A stretch of DNA of 64,000 nucleotides from Diplonema japonicum (GCA_964019335.1 OZ025710.1:62001-126000); one strand, 5' to 3'; shown: positions 1 through 10,666, counted from the first letter of the stretch. The notes: generated by a model from the letters alone, not told the origin. Numbers and translations: made by a program.

Positions 1-3000
1 CGCGTCGCATGTGACTTCGTCTGTTGTTGGTCTCTTGTTCACACGCTCGTGTGTCTCGTCCCCTTCCTCTTCCGAGCTGTCCTCGCTTTCGCTCTGCTCG
101 CCCTCTGGGGGTGGTACCCGTCTGGTGATTTTGTCCTGGTACCACGCCTTTGGGTGGGTGTAGAAAACCCCTCCCGCCACGATCCTCCGGAGGTCTCTCG
201 CTGCCATTGCTCCTTGTGGTCCGAGTCTCATCAGCTCTCGCCACAGGTCGTTCGTGCGTGGGTCTGCGCCCCGGTCTAACCCCTCCATCGAGCGTCTTCT
301 GTCCTGTATGTGTTCCGCACGTCCCGACCTTAGCTTTTCTCGCACTACATGTGCGAATTTGTCCTTGTTCTCAGCTAGCATTTCGGTGAACTGCCCCCAG
401 TTTGTGCTGATCTTCGGGAGCCACCGCTTCATCGCGTTGCCTATCGGGCCCAAAGGTGTCGTTCTTGTCGGGTCTTGGTACCCTTTGGCAAGTCTCTGGC
501 ACCGCTCCCACACCTCTCCCAATTTTCGTCTCGTTCTGTATATGGCTGCTAGTGCTCTGTAGGGCGCTGCTACCTCTGGGTCGTGTGTGTGTCCGCTGAA
601 CAGGTTTGACAGCACCGCCGCTGGTGATCTTGTTCTGTACCTCGGTCCCCACAAGGCGTATGTCGCGGTTGATGTGAGCGATTTGAGGTATCCTTCCGAC
701 GGCGGCGCGAATGCAACATCATACAGACAGCTGGGTAGCACCGTTGTTCGCAGGACTTCCGCTTTCTGCCAGAAAGAGAGCTGAGTGGTCGCGAGCCTCC
801 GTAGCGTGTCGCCCGCCGCCCTGGCCCTGGTGTTGTCCGTCTGCGTCTGACCATCCGTGCGTATCCTCGCCCCCAGGATCTTGATCTTGTTCGTGGACCG
901 CAGCTGCCTTCCTGCTACCTCTATCCCTGGTGCCTTCGCTCCTGCTGCGAACACTTCGGACTTCTTCGTGTTGAGCTCCATGCCAACTATGTCGCAGAAT
1001 GCGGATGCACTGCCCGTGGCTTTTTGTAGTACTTCTGCTAGTTTCGCCAACAGGTATGCGTCGTCCGCATACGACAGAGTCTCCGCTCCCGTTCGTTCCT
1101 CCACACTCCTCATCAAGACCGCTAGTAGAGCGTTGATCATGATGATGGAGATCGGGCACCCTTGCAGGATTCCGTTTGTGGTTGTGAACTCCTCGCCTAC
1201 TCCTGTCGCGTATCTGAATCTCCTTCTGAGACCCTTGTACATCCCTTCTAACGCTCTCAGGATACCTTTGTCCATTCCCATCCGTTCCATCAGCTTCAGC
1301 ACCAGTTGTTGTGGAACTGTGTCAAAACACTTGGCGAAGTCTAGTGCGACACCCAACAACGGTGTCTTGTCCATCGCTGCTTCCTCTATCCTGGTGCAGA
1401 TGTCCATGAGAACGTCCTCTGTCCCATGTCTGGCCCTAAACCCGTGTTGAGTTTTGTGGATCCAGGATTCTTGCCATTCGAGAATATCACCAAGCCTTGT
1501 GCACGCCCATAATCTGTACACTGCCGACGTGACTGTTATGGGCCGATGCTCGAGTGGTCCTGCGTTCTTGGTCTTCGGGATAAGGGTCACCAGAGCTGTC
1601 AACGCCGACTCCGGCCATTTTCCTGTCTCCTCTACCTCATTGAGGAAAACAGCCCATGCGTCCAATATGGATACTGGTAGCCTTCGTAGCTCTGCCATCC
1701 GCCAGCCGTCTACCCCCGCTGCGCTTCTGGCCGTCTTTTTCTTCAGCACCTGCTTCAGGCGTATCCCAGTGATCGGTGTCCACACCATGTCTCTTTTTTC
1801 GATGTACGCACCGTACTCCTTCTCGAATGTTGCGTACGCGGGCTGGGGCTTGTCTCTGTATTTCGCAAAGACATGTTCCCAATGTTCCCTCATTGTCCTG
1901 TCCAATTCCTGCGGGTTTGCAATCGTGTCCTTTTCCATCTCCACAGTTGCTGTCCCCCGCTTGTCCTCGATTCCTTTCGCGCTGTCCACGAGCTCCTTCG
2001 TCTCTTTTCCTTGTTCGACTGAGTCAAGGTAGCTCCTGTGCCTTGCCGTGCGCTGTTCCTTCACCATCTCCCGTTCGCGTCTCTCCACCGCCTCTGACAT
2101 GATCTCTGCATCCGCCACCATGTCCTCGATGTTGGCCTGCGTCGGGTCAATGGGTAGGCACTTCACGCGCGTGTGTTCGAGCTCCCCGTTCAGGTTGTGG
2201 ATTGTGTTCACCGTAACCTTACTGAGCTGCCCTCCTCCTCTTTTCTGCAACATGTTGAGCTGCGTCTGAATGGCTCTCAGCCTGCCTCGCATTTTCTCCA
2301 GCCGTACTTGCATGATCGACGCTGCCCCACACGAGCCAGTTGTTGTTGGTGCACATAGTTGTCTCTGTTGCGGTTGTCTCACCTTGCCGCGGCCCCTATA
2401 AGGTGCCGTGCCGACGGTCTCGTCCCCCAGAAGTATCTTCTCGCTCGCCTCAGCTAGCGCGAGGTACGCCGCCTCCGGGTCTTTTCGCATGTGTTCCCTG
2501 AAATTGCTCTCCTGGAGTGCCTTACTCCCCTCTTCTTCTGCTGGTTCCACGCCTCCTGGGATTTCTCGGGGTATCATGTATCTCTTCACAGTCTGCTGGA
2601 ATCTCGCAAGTCTCAGCTCTACCGTCAGAGTCATATGGTCCGCCCCCTTTACATCCCTGCTTGTTCTGCAGCCCTGTAGCGCCTGTGCTGCGAAAGCGTT
2701 CAGGAGGATGTAGTCGATCCTCGATGCACAGTTCTTCCGAGTGAAGGTTGGCATCGGGTCTTCTCCTTTTCCCGCTGCGCATGCTCCTGCCGCATCAGTC
2801 CATCCGTTCATCAGCGCGTGACGAAGCTCATACGATCTTTTCTCGTCCGTGTTGAGGTCGCCTGCCACAATCACGGGGACGTTCCCGAGCTCCATCGCCT
2901 TCTTCCTGAGGACGTGCTGCAAGAGTCGTTCTCGTTGCCTCCTTGGTTCCTCTCCCTCCCCTGCTGGGCAGTACACGGTGATGATGTGCAGCCACATATT

Positions 3001-4092
3001 TTCCCCGTCTATGCTGACCCTTGTGTGTTGCCACCTACTGTTGATGTCTTGCTTAGCGTCATCCCTCTCGAGTGATGTTCCCAGAGCTGTTCGTGGCTCG
3101 CGTACAAAAGTCGCCAGGCCTCCTCGTCTTGCGATATCTATAGATATCAGACCTTCCTTGATCCTTCCCTGTTGCGGGTCTGCCCACATAGGTCTGTATT
3201 TTCGCTTCTTGTTCTTCTCTGTCGCGGATTTCATTGCGTGTGCCACCTCTTTCTGTCCTGCTGCCGTAAGTGCAGTCTCTTGTAGGCAGATCACGTCGAC
3301 GTCGAGCTGCATGACGCTTTCCAGCCTGTTCCTCAGAGACGCTACATTTGCAGTTGCGAGATGGAAAACCTGTGTCGGTGGCTTCTTGGTACTGCCTGTT
3401 TGTTCACCCTCACTACTTAGGACTTTAAGTGTGCGGTTACCAGCCTTCTCATAGGGGGTATGGCGCCCCTGACTCGCCCCCGTCCCAGTGGTCAGGACAC
3501 CCCTTCGTTCAGGGCCGGGTAGATTTCCCCGTTGTTGTAGAGTCGAAGTCTGGCCAGGTGCTGTAGCCTTCTTGTTCCGAGTACCAAGTGCCACCTTCAG
3601 CAGGTCCTCCATCTGCACTACCGTGGCCTCCGTCTTGCCCAACCAATCCATCATGTGTAGCGGCGCGAGTACAGCGTCGTAGTGCTGGGAGTCGTAAGCA
3701 ACTATAATCGTCTGCTTCGCCCCGTCTGGCTTCGTGGCTCGCACCATTCTCTTTTTTTTGTGGAGGATCCAGATACATGTCTGGGTTGCCCATCCTGCCG
3801 CTCCGAGGGTGTAGTAGTCCCCCCACTCTCCGTCATGCTCAATCCTTCTGAGAGAAAGGGAGTGTTTCCTTGCTTCTTTGTAAAACTCCGGGTTCGTCGC
3901 GATGTACTCTGCTGCCTGTGCGCGTACTGTGCTGGCGTTCCCTGCTCCTCGCGCCCTAGCAATTGCAGCGAACTGGCAATTTCCGTCCCCTTCCACTGGC
4001 ATGTATCTCATGAGCAGCTGTTCGGCTGTGCTTCGCAGGAGTTGCCTCTCCGTTCCCTCTGTCCTCCCGCCGCCCCTCCATGCTCCTGCGTT
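1..4092 (-). CDS. Retrotransposon ORF2/pol: OTU-like cysteine protease + apurinic-like endonuclease + reverse transcriptase (partial; first Met at 4011)
   Basis: Absent from the ORF track because the frame runs off the window. Manual translation gives OTU motifs GDGNCQFAAI, GEWGDYYTL and IIVAYDSQHYDAV (~3670-4011). APE motifs are LATANVASL, DVICLQET, VAGDLN, RIDYIL and ADH (~2620-3370). RT motifs are LDFAKCFDTVP, GILQGCPIS and YADD (1060-1071). Confidence 0.92.
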
Positions 4093-5775
4093 TCATCGCC
4101 TCACGCACGCGCGGCATACCTTGCGGCTGCATCCGTCAACCTGGCACCTAAGCTGGTACCGCTTCTTCGGCTGCTGCTTCTCGCAACCGTCGCACCACCA
4201 CCTCCCCTGCTTCTTCTCGCCCTCGTCGCGGTCTGGGTAGATGTGGGCGTGCCTGTCCGTGTCCCTCTCCCTCCGCCTTCGCTCGGTGTCCCTCGCTAGG
4301 CTCCGGCTCTTCGACTTCGACGACGCCCTCGACTTCGTCTTGGCCCTCGAGGTCGTCGTCTCCGCCGCGTATCCTGCCGTGGCCTGTTCCTCGGGCTCCA
4401 CCGACATCCTCACCCCAGACGGGGATCTCATCCTCGGCTTCGGTGATGGTGATCGTGATGCCGATTGTGTGGGGGGTGTCGTCTCCCTTGTTGACTTCCC
4501 TCCAACCTTCCGTTTCTTCTCTGTTGGCTTCCCAGAGAGCTTCTCCAGCATTGCCTTCAGTTCTTGCACTTCCTTTCTGAGAGCTACCACCTCCTGTTCG
4601 AGCATCTCTTCTTTTTTCGTAGGGCCTTGCAGTTGCTGCTGCTCCTTCTGTTGTTGTTCCCGCGTGTGCTGCTTTCCTTGTTGCTGTTGTTTTTCTTGCT
4701 GCGGGTGCTGTTGCTCAGGTGCTACCTTCCCAGCTTCGACCCACGCCTTCTGCCCGTGTGTCTTCCCGTATAGCGCCAGGAACTGGCGCTTCGTGTACGT
4801 GCGCCCCGCGTACTCTTCCGGGTCTGCGGGGTCCGTCCTCTTCTCCTCCTCCTGCTTTCGCACTGCCTTCGGCGGCGGCTTCCCTGCCTCCCACACCTCC
4901 GCCGTTCCTCCCTGCCATTTTATCTCCCCGAAACTTGGGGGTGCCTCCGCCTGCAACACAGCCACTGTGCCCCCCTGCTTCGGGATGGTGCGGATGACCA
5001 CCGCTTTCCACCCTGCTTCTTTGACAACCTCCTCGATGGTGGTTGTGTCCGCGCCCTTCGGGAGACCTCGGATGTCGTAGGTGGTCTTTCTGACAACCCC
5101 GAGGCCTTCCTTCAGGAGGTACTCCTGCACTTCCTCCCTTCTCTCGCTGACCTGCAGGCCCCATCCCTTGCCGTTCAGCGTCAGTGTCGCCGAGGGGGTG
5201 ATCCGTGTCATCACTGCCCCAAGTACGTTTTGTGCCAGCCAGTGCTGCCTTGTGGACATCCACAAGGCCCCCCTTTCCCTCCTCTCGATCTTCCAGGGAC
5301 CGTCCTCGTTCCCTAGCGCGGTCCCCTCCTGTTCCGGTGCCATCCAGATTAGGAAATCCATGACAGATTCCCCCTTCTTGCCTTCCCTCTCCATGTGTGG
5401 CCCTACGTGCACTCCCGTCAGGCCCGCCTTGCCGAGAAAAGCCATCACACTCTTTCTCGGGTCTTCCTTCGCCGCTTTCCATGCCTCGTCTCCTGCCGCC
5501 CACTCAGCCATGATGGCCCTGCAGGCGACCTCCTCCTTTGCGCCCTTCACCGGCGCCTTCTTCCTTTCCCCTCCTTTCCCGCTGGCCGCCTCCCTTGGCG
5601 CCACCAGCCGCTGCACCGTCACCGTCCCGCCACTCACCTTCTTCCCCACCCTCTCCGCCCAGTTTGGGCCCTGCCCGTCCCGGCGCGTCTGCACCGAGCT
5701 TTGCTCGGTCCCAGGGGCACCGCTTGGAGGTGCGCCGGGTTTGCTTGCTGATTGCTCTGATTGATGTTCGCTCAT
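4093..5775 (-). CDS. Retrotransposon ORF1 (gag-like, 560 aa): RRM-like segment, Q-rich/coiled coil, C-terminal Cys-rich zinc finger
   Basis: ATG at 5775 (MSEHQSEQ) lies 14 nt after T29-CCAAG; the longer ORF-track start translates homopolymer spacer. Motifs: YDIRGLPKGAD...GWKA and WWCDGC...RCQVDGC...VCRAC. Confidence 0.8.
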   Translation of the reverse strand: MSEHQSEQSASKPGAPPSGAPGTEQSSVQTRRDGQGPNWAERVGKKVSGGTVTVQRLVAPREAASGKGGERKKAPVKGAKEEVACRAIMAEWAAGDEAWKAAKEDPRKSVMAFLGKAGLTGVHVGPHMEREGKKGESVMDFLIWMAPEQEGTALGNEDGPWKIERRERGALWMSTRQHWLAQNVLGAVMTRITPSATLTLNGKGWGLQVSERREEVQEYLLKEGLGVVRKTTYDIRGLPKGADTTTIEEVVKEAGWKAVVIRTIPKQGGTVAVLQAEAPPSFGEIKWQGGTAEVWEAGKPPPKAVRKQEEEKRTDPADPEEYAGRTYTKRQFLALYGKTHGQKAWVEAGKVAPEQQHPQQEKQQQQGKQHTREQQQKEQQQLQGPTKKEEMLEQEVVALRKEVQELKAMLEKLSGKPTEKKRKVGGKSTRETTPPTQSASRSPSPKPRMRSPSGVRMSVEPEEQATAGYAAETTTSRAKTKSRASSKSKSRSLARDTERRRRERDTDRHAHIYPDRDEGEKKQGRWWCDGCEKQQPKKRYQLRCQVDGCSRKVCRACVRR

Positions 5776-5789
5776 GTTAGTTCCGCCCC

Positions 5790-5794
5790 CTTGG

Positions 5795-5823
<29 letters not shown>
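5790..5823 (-). promoter_or_regulatory. Putative SL trans-splice acceptor (T29 + CCAAG) for retroelement ORF1
   Basis: Minus strand reads (T)29 CCAAG GGGGCGGAACTAAC ATG, the same layout seen upstream of several host genes. Confidence 0.55.
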
Positions 5824-5826
<3 letters not shown>

Positions 5827-6016
5827 AGGAAAAACGCAAAAGGTTTCTTGACGCAACATATATTTTCGCGTCAATGTTTTGCGGGGCTCCTCTTTTTTTT
5901 TTTTTTTTTTTTGCGTTGCGGCAGTTGATGACGATTCAGTGCACTGTGGAATCCCCCCCCCCCCCCCCCATGCCTTACCAGCAGTTTTTTTTTCTGTTCT
6001 TTCTTCTAAAAAAAAA

Positions 6017-6427
6017 CTCACAGTAAAAGACAATCCCTCTGGAGGACAGCCTCTTGTGGTGTGAGTTCCTATCTATTAATGCTCCCCTTCTGGAGCATAG
6101 CCTTCGTTCCTATTGTCGCCTTTAAAGCTTCTCGTAGTCTCGACACGCGTTCTTTCTTGTATGTCCCTTTCAACTCCTGTAGCTTTTGCGCTGTCTGTCT
6201 TGATGCGAAGATCGGTCTCCTGTTAAAGCCTATTGCAGCCTTGCCTCCGATCGCTGTGAGCGACTTGACCCTCTTTGCCCCGTCCGCAGGGAAGGGGCGT
6301 CTTATCCGTCTCGTTCTGCACACTGCGTTGGCTCTCTCCACCAACAGCTTGATTCTGCGTGCCTTCCTCTGCATGTTGTAGACTCCCAGTGACTTACCGG
6401 TTGTCTCCTCAAAGTCGAGTGCAAGTT

Positions 6428-6428
<1 letters not shown>
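6017..6428 (-). mobile_element. 5'-truncated retroelement-like 3' fragment with terminal stem-loop, flanked by T tracts
   Basis: The frame is open from the first base after T39 (ELALDFEETTGKSLGVYNMQRKA...GFNRRPIF...) to TAG at 6069. A ~53-nt hairpin and T9 follow. Family identity with the adjacent LINE cannot be verified inside the window. Confidence 0.55.
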
Positions 6429-6469
<41 letters not shown>

Positions 6470-6552
6470 CTTATGAATTATAAGAAAATCGAGTTAAGCG
6501 GTAACTTACCCTTCTTTTTTTCTTTGAGAAGATGAAATGGAAGCTTCCATGT

Positions 6553-8034
6553 CTAGTCGGATTTCTCCGTAAGGTCGACGCCTATAGACCGTTTAGACTG
6601 TGCAATGGTGCGCCTGACCCATGACTGCCTTGCGGCTTTGATGGCCTCGAGCCACATTGCCTTCTTTGCAGGTGTGTCAAGCACAAGGCCCAGCTTGAAT
6701 GACGAGGCGACGATGGTGAAGCCGCAGCTGTGCTTCGCTGCTGAGCGCGAGCTGAGCTCCGGGATAGTGTCCATGAGGTTGTCGATGTCGTCCAGCTGCA
6801 CCCAGAAGGACCTCTTCTTGAGGCCCCAGCTTGACTTCTTCTTTATGCACACGAGGAGGTCACTAAAGAGATACACCTTGCACTTATATGCAACATAGCC
6901 TGCATCGCCTTTCGTCACCTTTTCCATGTCCTCCTCTTGCAGGAAGTACCTCCCGGGTTTCACTAAGTTCCTTAGCTCGGTCGTCTTTTGTATTTCTTCG
7001 ACACGAGCGAACCTGTCGGACTCGTCCTTCTTCTTGTTGCAGTACTGGCACACGTCGCTGATCTCCTGGACAGCCTTTTCAAGCCTCTCGTCCTTCGCGT
7101 AGTTCGCCAGCCGTATCAACAGGTTCCTGTAGTTCACAAGACGCTGGATGGGCATGATCAAGAAGCTGCTGAACGACACGTCGTCCTCTGTGTCGTCCTC
7201 CTCTAGCTTGCGCTGCGTGCTGTCCAGGAAGTCCCTCACCTTGTCGTCCTTAGAGGCCACAAGGTCTTGTATCTTGTTCGTCCCTTTGATGTACTCTGCG
7301 TATGTCCGCATCAGTTTCAAGTTCTCCGCGAACACTGATGCGAAGTCCACCTCCGACATGTCGTCCATGGTGCCTCCTGCGCTCTTGATGGCCTTCCGCA
7401 TGTCACTCAGCAGCGTTGCGTTGCACGCCTTTATGTTCAGGAGCGACGCGTACATGTCCTCAATGAGTTGTGTTTCTTTCTTCTTGTTGTTAGACGAGAC
7501 GAGAGGCGTAAGGTACTTCGAGCAAACCTTCTCCAAGCGCTCCACGTAGGCCTCCTCCGTTGTGAGGATTTCCTTCTTGACAAGGTGGATCTTCATTCTG
7601 ATGTTCGGGTCTAGCTGCAGCGCAGAGGGCGCTCTGTAATCATAAGAAGATGCCGCGAAGGGACTGGGCATGTGGCCATTGGGAGGAGTGCGGAGGATGG
7701 GGAGGCCGGAGAACCTCACAGTGGAGTCCGTGGACATCCTGGGTGGGTACCTGATAGTAATGCTCCCACAGTCACCACCCCCTGCAAGGCTGCCACAACG
7801 GCTTTCCGCAGCCTCGCTGCATAGGGTCATGGACAACCTCACCCGTCTCACAGCACCGCCCTCGGAAACCGACCTCCGCATTGAAGCGTCCCTCCACTCC
7901 GGCACCTCTTTCTGCTTTTCTCTTGTCTCTTCTTTCTGTCTCTCAAGCTCCCTCTTCTCCCTTACAGATGGCTTCGTAGCCGCGTCATCAGGCAGCTTGG
8001 TGCGGAAGCACCCAAAAGACACACACTTGATCAT
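6553..8034 (-). CDS. RhoGEF with DH and PH domains
   Basis: DH motifs EILTTEEAYVERL and SFLIMPIQRLVNYRNLL; PH motifs GRYFLQE, VYLFSDLLV and KKAMWLEAI. Confidence 0.92.
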   Translation of the reverse strand: MIKCVSFGCFRTKLPDDAATKPSVREKRELERQKEETREKQKEVPEWRDASMRRSVSEGGAVRRVRLSMTLCSEAAESRCGSLAGGGDCGSITIRYPPRMSTDSTVRFSGLPILRTPPNGHMPSPFAASSYDYRAPSALQLDPNIRMKIHLVKKEILTTEEAYVERLEKVCSKYLTPLVSSNNKKKETQLIEDMYASLLNIKACNATLLSDMRKAIKSAGGTMDDMSEVDFASVFAENLKLMRTYAEYIKGTNKIQDLVASKDDKVRDFLDSTQRKLEEDDTEDDVSFSSFLIMPIQRLVNYRNLLIRLANYAKDERLEKAVQEISDVCQYCNKKKDESDRFARVEEIQKTTELRNLVKPGRYFLQEEDMEKVTKGDAGYVAYKCKVYLFSDLLVCIKKKSSWGLKKRSFWVQLDDIDNLMDTIPELSSRSAAKHSCGFTIVASSFKLGLVLDTPAKKAMWLEAIKAARQSWVRRTIAQSKRSIGVDLTEKSD

Positions 8035-8133
8035 TGCATGTCCTGTTGTGGTGTTGCATTGCAGTGTGTTAATATTAAGAAGTGACTGGATACATAGGTC
8101 TAGTGTCTATCTATATTTAATTCTATAACTAAT

Positions 8134-10606
8134 CTAGCTACTGAGTAGCTCTCGAGCGGGCCACCTTTCTTTTGAACTGCTTTTCGCTCTGCTGCTGTGT
8201 CTGCTGCTACTCTGTCTGCTGTAGTCACCTCTGTTACCCTGTTGTTTGAAATGTATGTTTGTGTTTTTTTAGACATACATGCTGAGATGGCCTCCTCATA
8301 GAGCCACTTTTTGAAAAAATAGTAGTGCACTCACTTGGGCTCACAGGTGCCATTGACGCCACGGAAGGCGACTCGACGGATTTTTCCGACATGACATCGC
8401 AGGCATCAGGAACGGCGGGGGCGGGAGCAGGAGCGGGGGTAGGGAGGAGTGCGATATCTGTGAGAGGGTTCGCCATGCTCTTCATGTTCGCCATCTCCAC
8501 CTTAGCAGTTGTGAGCTCTCTGAGCACTCTCTGCGTGTGCTTCACGAAGTCGGGTGTCACTTTAAAGTAGTCTTCCGTGATGGCCAACCTCCGACGGCAC
8601 TCTTCCTCTCGACATTTTGCCTCTTCCGCCGCGAATTTCAATTCTCTCACCTGCTGCTTCAATAAAATTAATTCCTCTTCCCGCGCGCTCTCCTCTTCGG
8701 ATGGCGCAGAAGGTGATGCCTTGGCAACCACTGCAGGAGGTGCTGTCTGGGCAACCACTGCAGGAGGTGCGGCCTTAGCGACCACTGCAGGAGTGACAGC
8801 TGGAGTGGCGAGAGCAGGCACCGGGGCAGGAGTCGGAGTGGGCGTGGCTGAGAGCGAAGGTTTAGGCGTCACCACCTGTAACAGAGGTGTCTTGTTGCTG
8901 CGCATAGATTTGGACCTAGACCTGGAGGCCGACGTGGAAGGAGTAGCTTTGGGGGCCCAGGACGCAGTGAACCTTGGCTTCGGCTTAGGCTCAGGAGTGG
9001 TTGTGGGAGATGCGTCGACAACGGCACACTGGCTGACAAGCGAGAAGTCGTTGATGTCGTCCTGGCTCTTCTCCATCTCCCTGTCCGTCATGGAGGGCAT
9101 GCGCGGAGCTGGGCTGCAGCTCTTAGTGACACTGCTTCTCGCCTTCTGCACGTCCTTCCACGGTGTCCGTTGTGTGTCATCATTCAACAGCACTTGAATC
9201 AAAGTGGGTTGTTGCTCAGGGGCCGCACGCTGGGGTGTGGGCGCAGTGGCGCCGGGACGCTGCCACTCATCAGGCTGTGTGATAATTTCAACTGATTTCA
9301 TCATGTCGGAGACATCCGGCAGCATCGACGCTTCAGGTGTGTTGGGGGACTCCAGCTTTGTCGAAAGTGTCTTCGATGGCGGAGATGAAATCGACTGCTT
9401 CTCCTGTGCTGGTGTGGCCTGTATGAAGCTCGGTCTTGTATCCTGTTCATGTGCTCGTGGCTCGGGATTGATATCACTTAGCCTCAGCTTTGTGTCGACA
9501 GGTGTCAGCTCATAGTCCTGCGAGAGCTCTAAGGGAAGCGGTGCCACTGCAGATGCTGTGATGGGAGATATGTTACCCAGGTTGACTGTGTCGTTCAGCT
9601 GTTGGTGGCTGTGTTTGGCATCGCTGTACACCTCTGGTGACACAGTCAAACTGTGCAGCCCTAACGGTGTCCCTTTAACAGAGGGTGTGGGAATTACCCC
9701 AGGCTGTGCCAGCCAAGTCTCGCTGGCATCGCTGTCCCTCGGCATGAAGCGCTGCATTTCATTCGGGACATCATCCACGTCACCCTCGGACTCGTCGTAT
9801 GAGAGGCCCTCGTCGCCCTTCATGGGGAAGGAGAACATGCCGTTTGGCGCCTGTGCACGATTGGTGTTTATAGTGTTGGGCATACCTGTGCCTTTCTCGG
9901 GGTAGGGCTGGGTGGCGGCGTCCTCCGGGGACGTGGGCTGTTTGGGGTGAACTGAGGTCACATAGACGGCATACCTTTTCCTACCTCCTCTCATCTTGGG
10001 GTTTTGAGCGACCTTTTTAGACCCCTTGAGGAAGAGTTTGAAGCATTCGACATGTACGGTGAGACCATCCTTCTCGTAGTACTTGCCGAGGATGGGGGAG
10101 TTGCAGCCTTCGCACATTGGGAGCTGCGAGGGAGAAGCGGACTGTTGCATCGGCGATGTGTTGTAGTGGGACACGAACTGGGAGTGGGTGTGGGTACGGT
10201 GGGGTTGATTCGCTCTTTGAGGGCTCACTGCATCAAGCTGAAGTGCTAACGGTTCATCGTTCTCCTCGTCAGTGCTGGAGTCCATCGGTGGTTGCCATGG
10301 CCTGTCTAAGAAGGAGGTACCAAGGTTTACCTGGGCAGCACTGCCTGTGAGCTCCTGTATTGATAAATGCACATCGTCACCATCGCAGTCACTGTACCCG
10401 CCCTCGTACCCCTTGGGGCCCAGCTCGTCACCCTCAGTGTGGCCATATGGCGCACTGTCATTACTCTCGATACTCGTATTCAGCATCTCGTTATTGCTCC
10501 TCACTGGCTGCCGCGCTCCTGCCCTCTGCAGCACACCTTTGCTAGTCATCTTGCCCGATCTATGCTGCACATTGGTAGGGACGTCCGACAGTATCTCACG
10601 CAGCAT
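8134..10606 (-). CDS. Low-complexity P/S/T-rich protein with half-LIM zinc finger and coiled coil; two exons (10606-8279, 8238-8134)
   Basis: Motif CEGCNSPILGKYYEKDGLTVHVEC; first ATG at 10606. Removing the predicted intron 8239-8278 adds GNRGDYSRQ...ELLSS*. Confidence 0.7.
8239..8278 (-). other. Predicted 40-nt cis intron
   Basis: GTATGTCTAAAAAAACACAAACATACATTTCAAACAACAG; matches the donor and size of the other introns and opens a 35-codon last exon. Confidence 0.65.
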
Positions 10607-10666
10607 GTTTGTTTGTGACAACTGTAAATGTTTATGTTGTGGAGGTAGTTAATGTGACAAAATACT

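Larger units (their letters stand above)
1..5794 (-). mobile_element. Non-LTR (LINE-type, APE-class) retrotransposon, 5' end present, 3' end beyond window start
   Basis: Gag-like ORF1 followed by a long open frame with OTU, APE and RT motifs. The inferred 5' boundary abuts a T29 tract (minus strand, 5795-5823). Confidence 0.93.

Noticed and set aside
3505-3545. LQQRGNLPGP between OTU and APE as a 2A ribosomal-skip peptide
   Set aside because: It lacks the required D(V/I)ExNPGP consensus.
4093-4095. Genome-wide UGA reassignment
   Set aside because: TGA acts as a normal terminator in host genes here (e.g. ABCD, EEP, CRAL-TRIO), and no conserved gene has internal TGA.
6008-6071. 3' hairpin as a SECIS element recoding the ORF1 UGA to selenocysteine
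   Set aside because: No AUGA/GA quartet or apical AA motif.
10622-10666. GTATTT...TACAG spacer as an intron fusing the EEP gene to the half-LIM gene
   Set aside because: The EEP stop codon precedes this donor, and the only upstream GT gives a frameshift.
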